64,000 nucleotides of DNA. Source: Azolla caroliniana. Lineage: Eukaryota > Plantae > Polypodiophyta. Made by a program: the position numbers and the translations under genes. The DNA lies in NCBI GenBank assembly GCA_043228905.1, contig JBHGNT010000001.1, positions 31,930,001 to 31,994,000 on the forward strand, written 5' to 3'. Shown one piece after another: positions 50,710-64,000 of this stretch. Numbering within the stretch: the first letter of the stretch is position 1; each line of letters opens with the position of its first letter. Below the pieces are notes generated by a model. That model was not told the DNA's origin. It did not search any database and worked only from the letters and a program-made list of their open reading frames with translations.

Positions 50710-51814
50710 AATCTATATTGTATTATGTATATATATAACACGAATGGCAGTGAATGAATGCTTAATGTAGCTAGCTACTACATCCGGCTTTATATCAATC
50801 AACTACAGCTTTTTTGTTCCTTCCCAAGTGGGACTGCTAATGTTTACGAGGCATTATTAGAAGAATACACACACAAACAAAATGTTGTAGCCAAAAATAC
50901 AGAAAAGTCATATGCTAATTTACCTTATTTTCTAGGTATCTTATTCACTACATAAAATCTGGAGATCTCAATGTTGAGCCATCATTAGTGCCCAAGGCAC
51001 CCATAAACATGGTATCACTGTCAAGCTACAGCTTTGGGGAATATCCTCGTAGTAATTTCTTTTTGTACAAAACGCACATGCAATTTCAATCGTTTTATCT
51101 TGTCTAAATGTGAGCCCATGCTACATATGTAGAACAAGATATTCACTTCCCATCCTAAGAATTTATCGTAGAGATTTTTAGGCTTCTCATGTTAAAATCA
51201 ATGCATGCACTCAATACAACATTGTGTCCTCAAATGATCAATTTGATATTAATTGAGACAATAAATAATTGGCCCTATTTTTTAGCACAAATCCTTCCAT
51301 CATCATAAACAGTACAACACAATTGAACTCTATAATTGTAGTTCAATGGTGTAGTACGAAAACTGCAAACTTGTAAGCAACCATTTCTATGGCCAGATTT
51401 CACCACTATTGTTGCACACATGTCAACTCTTTTATCGTAATTATTTCCCTCAAGGGTGTTCTGAATCTATATAATCACGCAAAAAAAAACCACAACTATT
51501 CACAATTCATAAGAATACTCCACATTCAAACTTTCCTACATGGTACATCTGTGCTACACAATGCAATTGCAGGTATTATAATGTAAAGAAAACTTAAGTT
51601 TGTTCTTCACAAGGGAGAGTTGTTACAATGATTAATTTGTTCTTGCAATGTGCAGTAGTGTACATGAAAAGTTTTGAGGGAGATAAACATGAATGTAAGA
51701 AGGCCATTCAATGGGACCATCACTTAAAATGAGATCTCATGTTTCTTCTTTAAATGAGATCTGTGTTTCTTCTTTAAATGAGGATCTCGTGTTTCTTTTT
51801 CTTCTTCACGATGG

Positions 51815-54765
51815 TTAAGTAAATGCAATCTCAGCCAAATCAATTGCACGACCTAGACCTGCAGCTTTATTCACACATTCATTGTACTCATCTTCTGGGT
51901 TACTATCAGCTACAATTCCCGCGCCAGCTTGGAGATGAGCCACCCATTCATGGCGATTTGTACGATCTCCATATGCATATATCGTACCATGTTGTGCACT
52001 AGTAGGGAAAACGATCGTCCGAAGTGCTAATGCAATGTCCATATCCCCTTGAAAAGATATACAACCAATACCACCACTGTAAGGACCACGCCTAGTTGGC
52101 TCCAGTTCATCAATGAGCTCCATTGCTCTCACCTACAGTCAATAAATTGCATGTCAAAAAGTAGATGTTAGAAGGAAACAAGAGATTGCAAAGATATACA
52201 TGTTAGAAGGATGCATTGATGGTAAAGAAGGTTGTGGCATTCTAATCCCAGGAAGAAATGAAAACACCTTTGGAGCACCACTAACTGTTCCTACTGGCAA
52301 GGCTGCACGAAGTACATCCCAACTAGTCAAACCATCCTGAAGCTTCCCTGTTACCTGAAAAATCCATATAACAGTTAATTATATATATGATTTGGTGAAA
52401 ATGCTTGAACTTCATTAACACCAAGGTGAACCTTCTTTAAAAAAATAAAAATAAAAGCTTTAACTTCATGGACCAAGTTTTAAGTGTTCTTACTGTTGAG
52501 CTGATATGCATGACATGTGAATAACGTTCTATTTCCATAAACTTTTCAACTTTTACTGAACCAGCCTTTGACACCTACATTCAATAGATCCAAACCAAGA
52601 TTAAGCCTCATGCCATCATCAAGATTCAGAAGGATCAAACCAAACACATGGTCTTTGTCACCTTTCCAACATCATTGCGGCCCAAGTCCACGAGCATAAC
52701 ATGTTCTGCACACTCCTTCTCGTCCTGCAAGAGCTCTTCTTCCAACCTTTTGTCTTCCTCTTGAGTTTGTCCCCTCTTCCTAGTTCCAGCAAGGGGTCTA
52801 TTTACTATTTTCCCCTATACATCATAAACCGATGCCTCTCATAAGACTGTTCAGACATACTATCAGTCTGATGAAGAACATAATAGTTTGATGAACTCAT
52901 CCTACAATCCAATAACTTAAACACACACTATTAAATGTCCAAAGAAAAAGATAATAGAATTCAATGCTTCAATTTAAGCAATTCAAACATCTATTTCGTT
53001 TCTTAGTACCTATACAGTGGGTCCTAACTTCTGACCACAAATAATAAACGAGACATCCCAAACCTTATTTATCCGAGTGAGAATCTCTGGACTGGATGCA
53101 ACCATAATGCATCCGCGAGCCTGAAATGACAGAAATGCCCAACAAGATTAGTCTGGAATGTCAAAAACGAAACACAAAAACATTAAGAATAAAACACACA
53201 CCTGCAAATATATCATGTAGGGACTTGGATTGACAATACGCAAAGCTCTATAGACTTCAAACGGATCAGCATACGTTCGACGCTCAAATCTTTGACTAAG
53301 AACAATCTGAAATATATCGCCAGCAAGAATATGTTCTTTGGCTTTTTGAATGGCTTTCACATACTCATCCTTGGACATATTTGACTCTTTCTTGGATGAA
53401 CCATATTTCTCAATCGATAGATCAACTGAGCCAGGTGATAATTTAGGCCTACTTATCATAGCTCAAACTCAGAAGTTGAAGACAACAAGAAATGTTAACT
53501 GGAAATCTCACAAAGTAAAAATTTCGCAACTCAAAAAAAGAAATATACGGTGTTTCCTGGATCTGTAAGTTCTTCCATAGGATTCCAAGAATGGCTAGAA
53601 CTAAACACTCTGTTTTGTCTCGTTTTTCGTTGATATGATGAATGCCTAGATAGTGAAAGCTTATGTGCAGTAACGACATTTTGTGTCATTTTAATACATT
53701 TAGCTCACTTTGGATTTCAATGAACCTATAGTGATGGCCGCTAATACTTTTACCCACTTCATTCGAAGAGATTTCTCTCTCAAACACAATGCAAAGTAAA
53801 AATTGAGAACTCATTAATTCTAAAATGTACAGTGAACCATGGCATAATGTAACACTCTTCTATGAGAGGTTATATAAAACTGCTATTGTAAGATCTCTTC
53901 TTCTTCTTCTTCATTCTCTCTGGTATTAACTTGTGCTGTCACCCTTTCTACCCCTTACCCACTCCTTACGAAATAGATCACTTACATATCAAAGCTTTGC
54001 AATCGTGCAACCAAGGATTCAAGCTTTGTTTTCCCATTTTCATATGCTTCTTCCTCAGTGTTGAATTCGTCAATACAGATCCAATGAAGTACATACACTA
54101 TCTGCATGACTTGATTTGACAAATTAGGCGTCGAAGATAGATCATCACAAAATACAATTATAAGGGAGGAGTTCATATTCAATCGTCTGAGATACAAATT
54201 CCAGGTTTACCTTCGATACATGATCAAACACCACCACATCTTTATACAGGCCTAAATGGATATCAGGAAGGGCCCTATCGTCTTTGGGTGCTTTTTCAAA
54301 TGGTAACTTTTTCTTCTCAACATATCTGACCGTATCATAGGAGAAAAAACCCACCCAACCACCTGAAAATGAAGTTCACTTAACTTGATACCAATATATT
54401 TAAGAAATAAAAAGAAACGTATTACAAAATGCAGATTATGTAGCTAAATAGAAACATAGAAAATAAGAAAACAGGAAAAGTAAGCGAAAACAAATGGAAT
54501 CGTGCCAATAAACACAAAAGCTAAGACTGCAACATCACATGTCTCTCATCGACTTTTAAGTAATGACATTGGTCTACTGAGGTTCAATGTCAAGCCTGTC
54601 CAAATATAAGAGTTCTTTAGTATCTTTCGATAGCTCAGAAGTCCGACTTGCATCTCTGGAATGAATAATATATACAGTATACATCATCTGCATAGATTAA
54701 GATATGCAGAAGCATGCAGCTAGGTTCTTTGTCCCTTCACCCTAGAGAGAAAATAATCTATGATG

Positions 54766-54810
<45 letters not shown>

Positions 54811-56255
54811 CTCAATCCTCTGCCATGGTTTTTCTATAAATCCCCAATGCGTTCCTATTCACAGTAGCAAGATCACATGTTTGAAGAATACAAACTGAAA
54901 ACTGTCCAATATTAAAATGTTAGACAATTGTTTTAGAAATAGATGTCAACGTTCAATGTTCAGCAATGTCCAAGTTACTTAGACATGTTTCATAATACAT
55001 CAACTAACATGATAATCTACTTTATTTATAGACATAATAGAATGCAAAGCCCATGTTCCAGTAGATGTCCTAAGTGTATGTGTTTTTACCACATAAAACC
55101 AGACCATGCAGCTGGTGTCCAAAATGGAAAGAACGTGTGAGATGATATAGCACATTATATTATATCATGCGTCAATACATTGAATATTACCACAAAAGAC
55201 ATCTGGAAGACCTTCAACTGGAGCTGCCTTCCAATTTGAGACTAGGTCAGATGCTGTTACGAATGGATCTTCAGTAACATGTTCAACTCTTGATGCTTCT
55301 TTATGATTCAAAATCGTAATCCTATCCTGTTTAGCAACTATTTCAATTTCTGGTTGTGCTCCCACCATGCTGTACCTTCCCTGAATAAATTGGAGATGAA
55401 TTAATACAAAGGCACTAATATCACAATGTTAAAGGTACCATGACAATATGTTACCATAGAGTGACATCATGAGACAAAAGAAGCTCCTTGGTTGACTTCT
55501 TAGAAAGAACACCAAACCAACAAGTTCTAGAAATACTTATCTTTGGCACAAAGCTCTTAACTCTGGTGCTACATAATGGTTACTTCAGACAGAATTATTT
55601 TTCGGTGCTGCCATTTTATATCCATGCACCAGAGAATTTCAAGGATGGATAGTTTCATGATCACGACACGAATGCACATTGTGATTTATTCCTTCTCTTC
55701 AAAACAATCTAGGAACAAAATGTTTTCTGATTTCCCTATTCTATATCATGATGAAGTAAAGATAGACAGATTCCTCACCACATGGTTGCCACTGTCGCTA
55801 TTCTCAACAGATTCGAATAGAAAGCTGGGAGCTTCGCGGTCATCTTTTTTCACGAGACACCGATATGCTAAGACAGGTGTCAACTGATCGGAAAATATGC
55901 GTTTCTGAATAGGCACAAGGTTTCCATGCTGGCACGCATCTCGGAATTTGCCAAATTCTAGAGTCAAAGCAAATGCATTTTAATGGAATGTAGAAGACAT
56001 CATAAAAGAAAAAGATTGTGTTATTCGCACATATACATATATATTATTCATGGAATAACCTGAAGAAGAGTTTCTTGAGGCCTCTTTCTCGACTTCTTTG
56101 GAAAGGATTTGAAGACTCTCGCTTCGAGCTGCTAATGAGATCCGGTTCTTCTTCTTCCTACATGAAAATTTAAGACAACATCGATGAAGAGAACATCTTT
56201 TAAGAAAGCATGGGTGTTCAGAGGAGATGAAGATACCCCTCAAGCTGCCGACCAT
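51815..56255 (-). CDS. ASA: Anthranilate synthase alpha subunit, chloroplastic
   Basis: 11 exons: 56255-56060, 55957-55779, 55380-55191, 54362-54211, 54101-53986, 53448-53202, 53120-53064, 52814-52662, 52574-52494, 52354-52268, 52132-51815. Motifs [51 protein letters not shown] and RRGPYSGG...[10 protein letters not shown]. The Asp of ADPF is retained, as in Trp-feedback-sensitive forms. Confidence 0.97.
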
Positions 56256-58033
56256 TGTCCCAGAATCTGACGCAACCAAAGCTTTTAGGGATGAAAGAAG
56301 AAGAAGGAAGGGAGCAAATGGGCGTGACAAGATTGGCAGCACACTCCAGCACAGCCATAGGTTTCTTTCTAGGGGGAGAGTTCAGAATGCAGAATGTTGA
56401 TATCAGTCTTAGGCTCGACTATATCATTCATGTCTCCCCCATGTTTATAGCACTCTCCTGCTACTGCTACTTTGGACAACATTACAGCGGATTACAGCGG
56501 AAGAAGACAAAAAGAAGAAGAAGATGAGAAAAAAAAGTTATTCACTTGCAGTGTGGAAACATGACCAAATTTAGCATGCGACCCACTCACACACACACAC
56601 ACAAAGCAATGGGCAGAAGAACACCACAATAACTAATTTTTGAAACTTCACAAATAACCCACGTGAATCAATCCAATGAAAACCATGAGCATTTGTTTGT
56701 CAATCACTATTTTGGTCTAAAGAGAAACTTGTCATTTTTGACAATGATGGCCATGTATTGAATACGGTCGGCGTATTTCTCTTTTCTCTTTCCAGTGGCC
56801 TTTGGTGTTGATGATGTTTATCCTTTAACAGAATCATAATGGAATTGTTGAGAGTAGTTTGTCATGATAATGACTAGTGATCGCCAATTAAATGGAGTAT
56901 AAGAGTTCAACTGATTTAATGCCGCCACAAAAACCAACCTTTAAGACCCCTGACAATCATGTAGATGTTCAACAATCATAGTACATATGAACCATACACT
57001 TACCATACGTGCATTTGCATTCAAGTATGTTCTCATCATTTGAGTATGGTAAACACCCTCCAAGTATGGCAAATACATTGTACTCATTGTTTACTACAAG
57101 GTAAAATATTGAGAAAAAAAAAACATAAGTATGTTTTCACAACATACACATTCGTTTGCAAACGTATGAATATTCAAGGCGTCAATCAAATATCTCTGAA
57201 GGCATGCGGTGTTGTGCTCGTTTTGCTGCCATTGTGCAAATTTAGGTATACATTATGCTATTTTGGCTCTTTCTAACCTTTCTTGTCTCTGTATACAAAC
57301 TCTCTTTCAAATTTTGAAAACAAACTCAAAAGTTAAGATAAAAACAACCTTAGATGAGATATTTCTATCCATTTTAATGCAGACTGTACCATAACGAGAC
57401 GGCTTTTTATTTATACTACAATATTGCATGTGTCCTTATCGTCCTCATAGCCAATACTCATCCAGAAGAAGAGGAAAAGTTATACAAGTAACAATTGTGT
57501 TCATTTTTTATAGAGCACCAAATATATGTTAGAATGATTCATTTTACTAGATGAAGTCAAAGCAATACTTTCTACAGTTGCTTGCTGAAATACCTTGTAG
57601 TGTAGGTTTGGAATTCGGATCGACCAATTTGATAGTTTTACATGCCTTTTTTTTATGATTAGAAAGTTATGCAAGATTGTTCGTTTCTTCTTCATGGAGG
57701 TGAAATTGTTTCCCATGCCCATAACATCTTGTTATAGTGTTGATGATGAGCTCCACCCTTTTCATCTAAGAAAATGTTTCATTTTATTGTAATACATACA
57801 AGCAGTTGAGTTCAGCATTAGGATCTTGCAAATTGATACACCATCAAAATGACATTTCTTTTACTGAAATGCAACTTGCCAGCATGGACATGTGTTACAT
57901 TGAACACAGGAAAACTCGAGAGTAGCCAATGCACTCGTTATCAAGTAATAAAGAAACAAGAAGCACGAGGGCTGATAATAGTTGTTCCATGATACACAAA
58001 CAAACCCAGAGTGTATAACCTCTGAAATGTCCG

Positions 58034-60554
58034 TTACGGTACATGATCAAAAAGCCCTTCTTGTTTCCAAACATCCACAAGGAATTTCACCATCTCCTGT
58101 AATTGTTAGAAAGCAAATGAGGAAAGGACCATCTTTTCTTTTTACAAGCAATTCATTAATGTAATGCGAAGAAACTAACCGGCAATGGTATTTGTCGAGG
58201 AAAATGTCTATCACTCGTGAGCAATTCCTCATATGTAGTTTCCCGACTGAACATACGCAAAAATGTGCAAGAAGTTAAGATACATAGAACAGCCTAAACA
58301 AGGCATAGGACTTTCATGTGTACAGTAGAAAATGATCAACCTCAACACAGCCTTCCTTTCCTCATTGCTCTTTATTTCAGGTTTCTTGCCAACCCACTCC
58401 ATCCTCTGTTCCTGCCAGTGCAAGAGACCTAGCAATTAGACCATACAAATGCAAAAGTCAGCATATTATGTTTTCCATGGATCATTATTAGCATCAGTGA
58501 GTGAATTTGTAAGGTGATATTTTTAGAAGTAAATCAAGTGTTGGTCTGCATGATGAAAGATATGATAAACTTTTTGGAAGTGACATGGTATTAGACCACC
58601 TATCACATAAACTTGAATCCACAACTTGAAGAATATACAACACAGAAACATTATCATGCACATTACCTACCAACACAATATATATGTACAATGTTTCATG
58701 TGTGATGTACAAAGGAAATGCTTTCACATTATGCTTTTGCATGTGATGTCTTTTTAAAACAGATGGAAGTTTGTTTTTGGTCACCATGATTGACAAAGTT
58801 CGAGCTGTTTGAATTGTCATGAAGAGCACTACTTTGCGCATATTGGTGAGAAGATCTATGGTTTTCCAGCCCTCCAGACATTGTGACTGACCGATTCTTG
58901 TACAAGTTACTGCTTGTACAATGTGGTAAACTTATGGAACTATGCCTCTGTGATGGCCTTGACCTTTCCATTATTGTCTCTGATGATGTTTTTACTCGAG
59001 CTCCAATGCAGCCACTGCTCTGTTCAAAGTCCAACAATATGAGCTGAATTTCCGGCCATATTAAAGAGTTGAGAAGTATATTCTCTACTAAATAAACAAA
59101 AAAGAATTATTATGCAGGATATTGATGAAATTAAGGAAATCATAGTTCGGGTTTTCTAGATGTACTCTTTCAAATCCTCGAACTTTCACAAGGTGGGCTC
59201 TAGACAAATCAATTACAGTAAAGATGAGAAAACAAGAGGGACATCCTTTTTTGGTGCTTAATGACGAGAAACATTGAAGATCTAGGCTGCAGAAATTATT
59301 AATTAAAAGAAATTAAGTGTTTTAAGAAAGAGACACATCCCGTTCATAAAACCAAAATATATCACAAAGAAGGATAGCACGATCCTAAGAGGACATACAT
59401 TGGCTGCTGCTCAACTCTTGCTACAAACATATTCGCCAAATTATCAACACTGTAAGATAAGTCCTTTGAAATTAGGCCTCAAGACTGGTAATTTCTGCAC
59501 AAAAACAAGGCACATTAACTTATTTTTTGATTTGACATATCATTTCTATAATTACGATAGTTCAAATAAACAGTTCAATTTGTATGAATGTAACTATGCA
59601 TGATAAAACCTTCAAATAATCCATGTTTACATTGCTTAAAGATCAAAACAATCCAAAAAGTTCACATTGAGACCCTGTCAGAGTGTTTAGGATTTGTATT
59701 TTATGCTTATAGAATGAAATGGAGCGCTTGTGGATTGAGCTCAAAGTAAGCACATCACTTTTTGCAGTAATGCGTTCACTGGAAGAAATCCTTTTGTTGC
59801 GGTTAAAACAATGAGAATGCTTCAAATGATATATGATAATGCTTGTATTCTATCACAAAAAGGCAACCCCTTGTGTTTATTCCTCTTCATCGCCATGTAC
59901 AAATAAAATAAGACTTGCGTTACTGCCTGGTTGGTTGATACGTTTAGCTCTATTAATCCATCTCGTAAGAGTCCAGGCATTGCAAAGAGAAATATATATA
60001 TATGCATATATAAGTGTGGGCTCTGATAACCTATCTCTGATCTCTCCATCGAATCAACATTTGACAGAATATTAATTCAGTGACCATAACTTATGATCTT
60101 TTAATGATGCAATAAGTTAACCCAACTCTTATCTCTTCAGAAAAAAATCAACCGTTCAGCGGAATCTTGCACAAGTAGCCGCAATCTATTATCTTTTAAC
60201 CATGCTACGACTTAACCTAACTCTGATCTCTTCACGAAACCAGCAATCAGAGTAATAATAATTGTTTCAACAGCATCCAGTGTTACAACTTAACCCGCAA
60301 AATCATCTGCCTATAATGTTCAATTTCACTCTTTCAGCCTTCATAATAAGCTCAAACTCTTCAATGGAGCTCCACAACTGTTACGTGTAGCCCATACACA
60401 CACACACACGTGCGCTAAACCCTAAACCCTAAACCCCTGACATTGCGAAAAATAAATATTGTTCTAACGAAAACGTTCGAAATCTTGTAGAAGAATGGAG
60501 CAAAGAGAAATAGAGGAAAGGTAAGAAGAAGTACCATGCGGGTGTTGGCTCCAT
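58034..60554 (-). CDS. DUF4050 (Gag1-like clamp) family protein
   Basis: Exons ~59014-58785 (GCIG...FVNHG), 58428-58341 (LLHWQEQRMEWVG), 58246-58180 (TYEELLTSDRHFPRQIPLP), 58096-58034 (EMVKFLVDVWKQEGLFDHVP*). The first coding exon is tentative: 60554-60535 (MEPTPAC|GCIG). Confidence 0.82.
60415..60436. repeat. Three tandem plant telomere-type repeats (CTAAACC)3 / telo-boxes
   Basis: CTAAACCCTAAACCCTAAACCC near the 5' end of the DUF4050 gene. Confidence 0.8.
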
Positions 60555-61817
60555 TTGAGAAGAAGCGATGGAGACATGTCTGTCGATGTTATGTGAATCA
60601 TACCATAATGATACATACATACATACACACATGAGAGCAGTGTGTGAGTTATTAGAGAGGCAAATGGAGTGGTGTGCAGACACAGGAAACAGGGGTGGAG
60701 GCCCCTACCCCACCCTATCCACTTCTCTCTTTCTTCTTTTCCTTCCTTTTATTATTCGGTAGGATGGAATCCTGTTCTACTACTACTACTTATGGACACC
60801 CAAAAATAAAAGCCGACCATTGATGATAAAACTTGGAAACACACATACACACACAATGCACGTGCACGGCTCAATCGAGAGAATGTGCTTGCATATGCTC
60901 CCTCTCTTTTATATTTCTCGCATGTCCTCATTTGCAAGCACTTAAAATATATTTGCAATGTGATATTATTGTTGTTATTATTAGATATAATCGTTTGTCA
61001 AGTTAGAGTGGCAAGTATGAGCCACCAAGAGTCCGATCAAAATTGCAATCATCTAACAAGATTTGGGTGGAATGGGATTGCCTATTAACTTCTAGAAAAA
61101 GATACCATAGTTAAAATCATTGGTTTGCCCGTTTCCACGTGTCATTTTGCCTACTTGAGTGCTTTGTTACTCATGCAATCTTATGAAATAATTCAGAACA
61201 ACAATGATGATATAACAAGAGAAAGGTAGAAAGAATCGGTTATGGGAATATGAATTTGGATTTCTCCATGTTTTTGATACCATGTTGTTAGGTTTGGGTT
61301 TCATTTGATAACCTTTCATGATAACATGGATAGACATTAAACACCACTCAACATCTTGTCAATGTCGATATTGCACCTTGGGGGTGCCCTTTCTTAGTAT
61401 TGACAAAGACAACAAACAGATTTGCAAATCGTTATTGACCTTTCATTGTCTCTAATAGACGCGTGACGGAAAATTGTCATAGAATCAATCACATATGCTA
61501 GTGTTCACACATTCCATTTCAAAACTAGACGTATAACGGACAAAATTGCATGGAAACATACCACGAAAAGGTGTAGACCATGTAGCTTTGTACACGATGT
61601 AACAAGAGAGGACAAATCCTTTCCCCCCCACATGCATGAGTTTCGAGGAACAAGAAACGGGGGGGGGGGGGGGGGGGGGGGGGGGGTGTTGGTCTTAAAT
61701 GCGGTAGGGAACAAGTCAATCCATCCACACTAAGGTTCGGAAAAAAACAACCGGAAATAGTTTTTGAAAGTCTGGTCTTTCTCCCACACACACTAAAGAA
61801 ATCCAAGGTTTCATGGC

Positions 61818-61853
<36 letters not shown>

Positions 61854-62248
61854 GTAGTGCTACTGCTAATAATAGTGATAGTGCCTCCTTTTAAAAAATC
61901 TCCCAAAAAGGGTTCGATTTCTGATCATAAAATCCAAGAGCTCACTTAGTTATGTATGTAGAGCAAAGCTTGACTTACTAAAAAACAGTTGCGATGGAGT
62001 GGAATGGAATTGGTGTGTGTGGGCTCTCTCTCATCAGTCAGTAGTAAAGGAGGGAAGAATCGAACCTACTCTCGGCGCGAGCAGATTATTGATTGTGACA
62101 AAAAGATAATGGAGCACACGTAGATACACGCCGACAGTAGAAATACACATACAGAGTCTGAGAGACAGAGAGTGGCAGCGATAGAGACCACATTTGCAGT
62201 GCGAATAGAAACAGAGTTCACACACACAGAGACTATAGAGAACGAGAG

Positions 62249-63581
62249 ATGATGTCTGTGCAACCTCTGTTCCAGACCCAGCTTTCATGGAAACCTTATT
62301 CCGAGGCCGCTTGTTTCAAGCTTCACGGTAGATTTCGTCAAGCCGAGAAGAAATTACTAACGGTGAGCTTCTCATACATCCTTTCATCCCCCTTAGGGTT
62401 TCCCTGTGAGAATCAGCTCTCACATTCAGCCAGAATTCAAGTGTTGTGTTTTCATTCATTCAAAACAGATATCTCTAGTTTTGCAAACAATATCAAGGAA
62501 ACATGTTGTGATCCCTACAGTGGTTTGTTTATTATAAGTGTTTCCAAGAGTCGTTTCTAATATTATCACAAATCAACTATGTTCAAGTGTTGGGGTTGTC
62601 ATTCATCCAGAACAAAGCTCACTAATTTATGCAGAAAATGTTAAAAAAAACTTGTATTCTGATTCCACAATTGTTTCTATAAGTATTTTAACCATCAGTC
62701 CCGAGGTTCCCACAATTCAGCTAGGTTAAGTGTTAGCTGTCATTCATTCAGGCCAAAGATCTTTACTTTTGCGTAAAATATCAAGGAACTCATGCTGTGA
62801 TTCCACACTCATTTGTTTGTTATAACTATTTTCAAGAACCAGTTCTAATATTCAGAACAAAGGTCTCTAATTTATGCATACAATGTTATCAACTCATGTT
62901 GTGATTCTGCAGTTGTCAGCTTGTTATAAGCATTTTCAAGAATCAGATCTAACATTCTCAAGAATCATCTAGATTCAATTCTTTTAGGATCGTCATTCTG
63001 TCAGACCAGTGTGCTCCAATTCTGCATAAATGATTAAAGAATCGTGTTGTGATTCCACAATGGTGTGCTATAAGTTTTTTAAGAGTCAGTTCTGAAATTC
63101 CCACAATTCAGTTAGGTTAAGTGTTGGTTGTCATTCATTCAAACCAAAGAGCTAGAAGCATGTTAAGGGATCATGTTGTAATTCTATAATGTTTAGTTTG
63201 GTAACATTGAACAAATCACCTTGGTTAAAGTGTTGGATTTCCATTCATTTGGATGAAAGAGCTTTATTTTTGCACAAAATAGCAAGGACGTCATGTTGGG
63301 ACTCATTTATGATTCAATATTTTGTAGTTTGCCCTGGAAAGTCCTTTATTGGATTGGAGAAAATCTTTACTGGTTGGATATAATTCTTTGTGCAGACTTG
63401 TGCTGTTATTGATCCTGCCACAATGCTGAATGGAAGGCCGAAGACTATGCCACTACCTTCAAAACAAGCCCAAAGCTGTGGGATTGTCTATCCACAAGAA
63501 TTTAGAGATTCTATATCGGAAGGTTCTCAAGATACTCGACTTCGAATTTTCTCCGGAACTGCAAATCTTCCATTGGCTCAG
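62249..63581 (+). CDS. PRS: Ribose-phosphate pyrophosphokinase (PRPP synthetase), class I, plastid-type; 5' part, continues beyond the right edge
   Basis: Exon 1 is 62249-62362 (transit-like, donor GTGAG). Exon 2 is 63396-63581 and ends DTRLRIFSGTANLPLAQ, the N-terminus of class I PRS. Phase 0 junction. Confidence 0.85.
62440..63330. repeat. Degenerate ~105-150-bp tandem array, about 7 units, filling PRS intron 1
   Basis: CATGTTGTGATTCCACA-like cores at ~62502, 62654, 62792, 62896, 63044, 63173 and 63292, with recurring TTATAAG..TTTCAAGA, GTCATTCATTCA and TAGGTTAAGTGTT. Confidence 0.75.
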
Positions 63582-64000
63582 GTTAGACCATTTACTGCGA
63601 ATACTGTAGCTGTAGAATTTGTTTCGTTTGCTTGTTATTTTCTGAATATAGTAGAACCATTAACTATTATTTGGGTTTACAATCATAAACTAGGATAGAA
63701 TAACATTTAATTTTATATGTGTATGTGTGTATGCACATATATGGAATCACACATGTCTGCAGTCTCCCCTGAAATCATAGCATTAGCATAACATGGTAAT
63801 GAGAAACTGAATTTGCACTTGCATTTGGAGGTGTTCTTACATGTATGATTGTATTGCTGGCATTTTGAGATGATGAGTATTTGGATTGGTTAGAACTTCT
63901 GACAAGGCATACTAATTTGGTGCATTGTCCGGAGACGATATGAGATTGTACTTTATCCTTCAGCTCCTTATTCCTGTTTTAGCAATGAAATGCTAAACCT

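Noticed and set aside
50302-50770. Short ORFs overlapping the MRP locus
   Set aside because: The region is better explained by the Pol III ncRNA (promoter, P4 pseudoknot, T-run).
60415-60436. Telomerase RNA template or interstitial telomere
   Set aside because: No USE/TATA upstream and only three units. Fits ordinary telo-boxes near a gene 5' end.

Overview
AT-rich, gene-dense nuclear DNA from a land plant. A non-seed plant such as a fern is plausible, but that is inference only. The window holds 12 spliced or intronless protein-coding genes: NAA35/MAK10 (runs off the left edge), an At1g78810-like C2H2-type zinc-finger-like protein, NAF1, two convergent U-lineage oleosins, plastid mTERF2/EMB2219, RPS21, a DUF3783 protein, a double B-box BBX, plastid NAD-MDH, anthranilate synthase alpha and a DUF4050 protein. 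A 13th gene, a class I PRPP synthetase, runs off the right edge. Outside the ORF track there are: an RNase MRP RNA gene with a USE+TATA Pol III promoter that is unusually long (~430-440 nt); a tandem array of at least 6 duplicated phase-0 exons in NAF1; two related non-autonomous hAT elements with 8-bp TSDs; an 81-nt near-perfect intronic hairpin; decayed LINE/SINE remnants; and many local tandem duplications and microsatellites. Exon boundaries were read by eye from GT/GC-AG signals and recalled family sequences. No searches were run.
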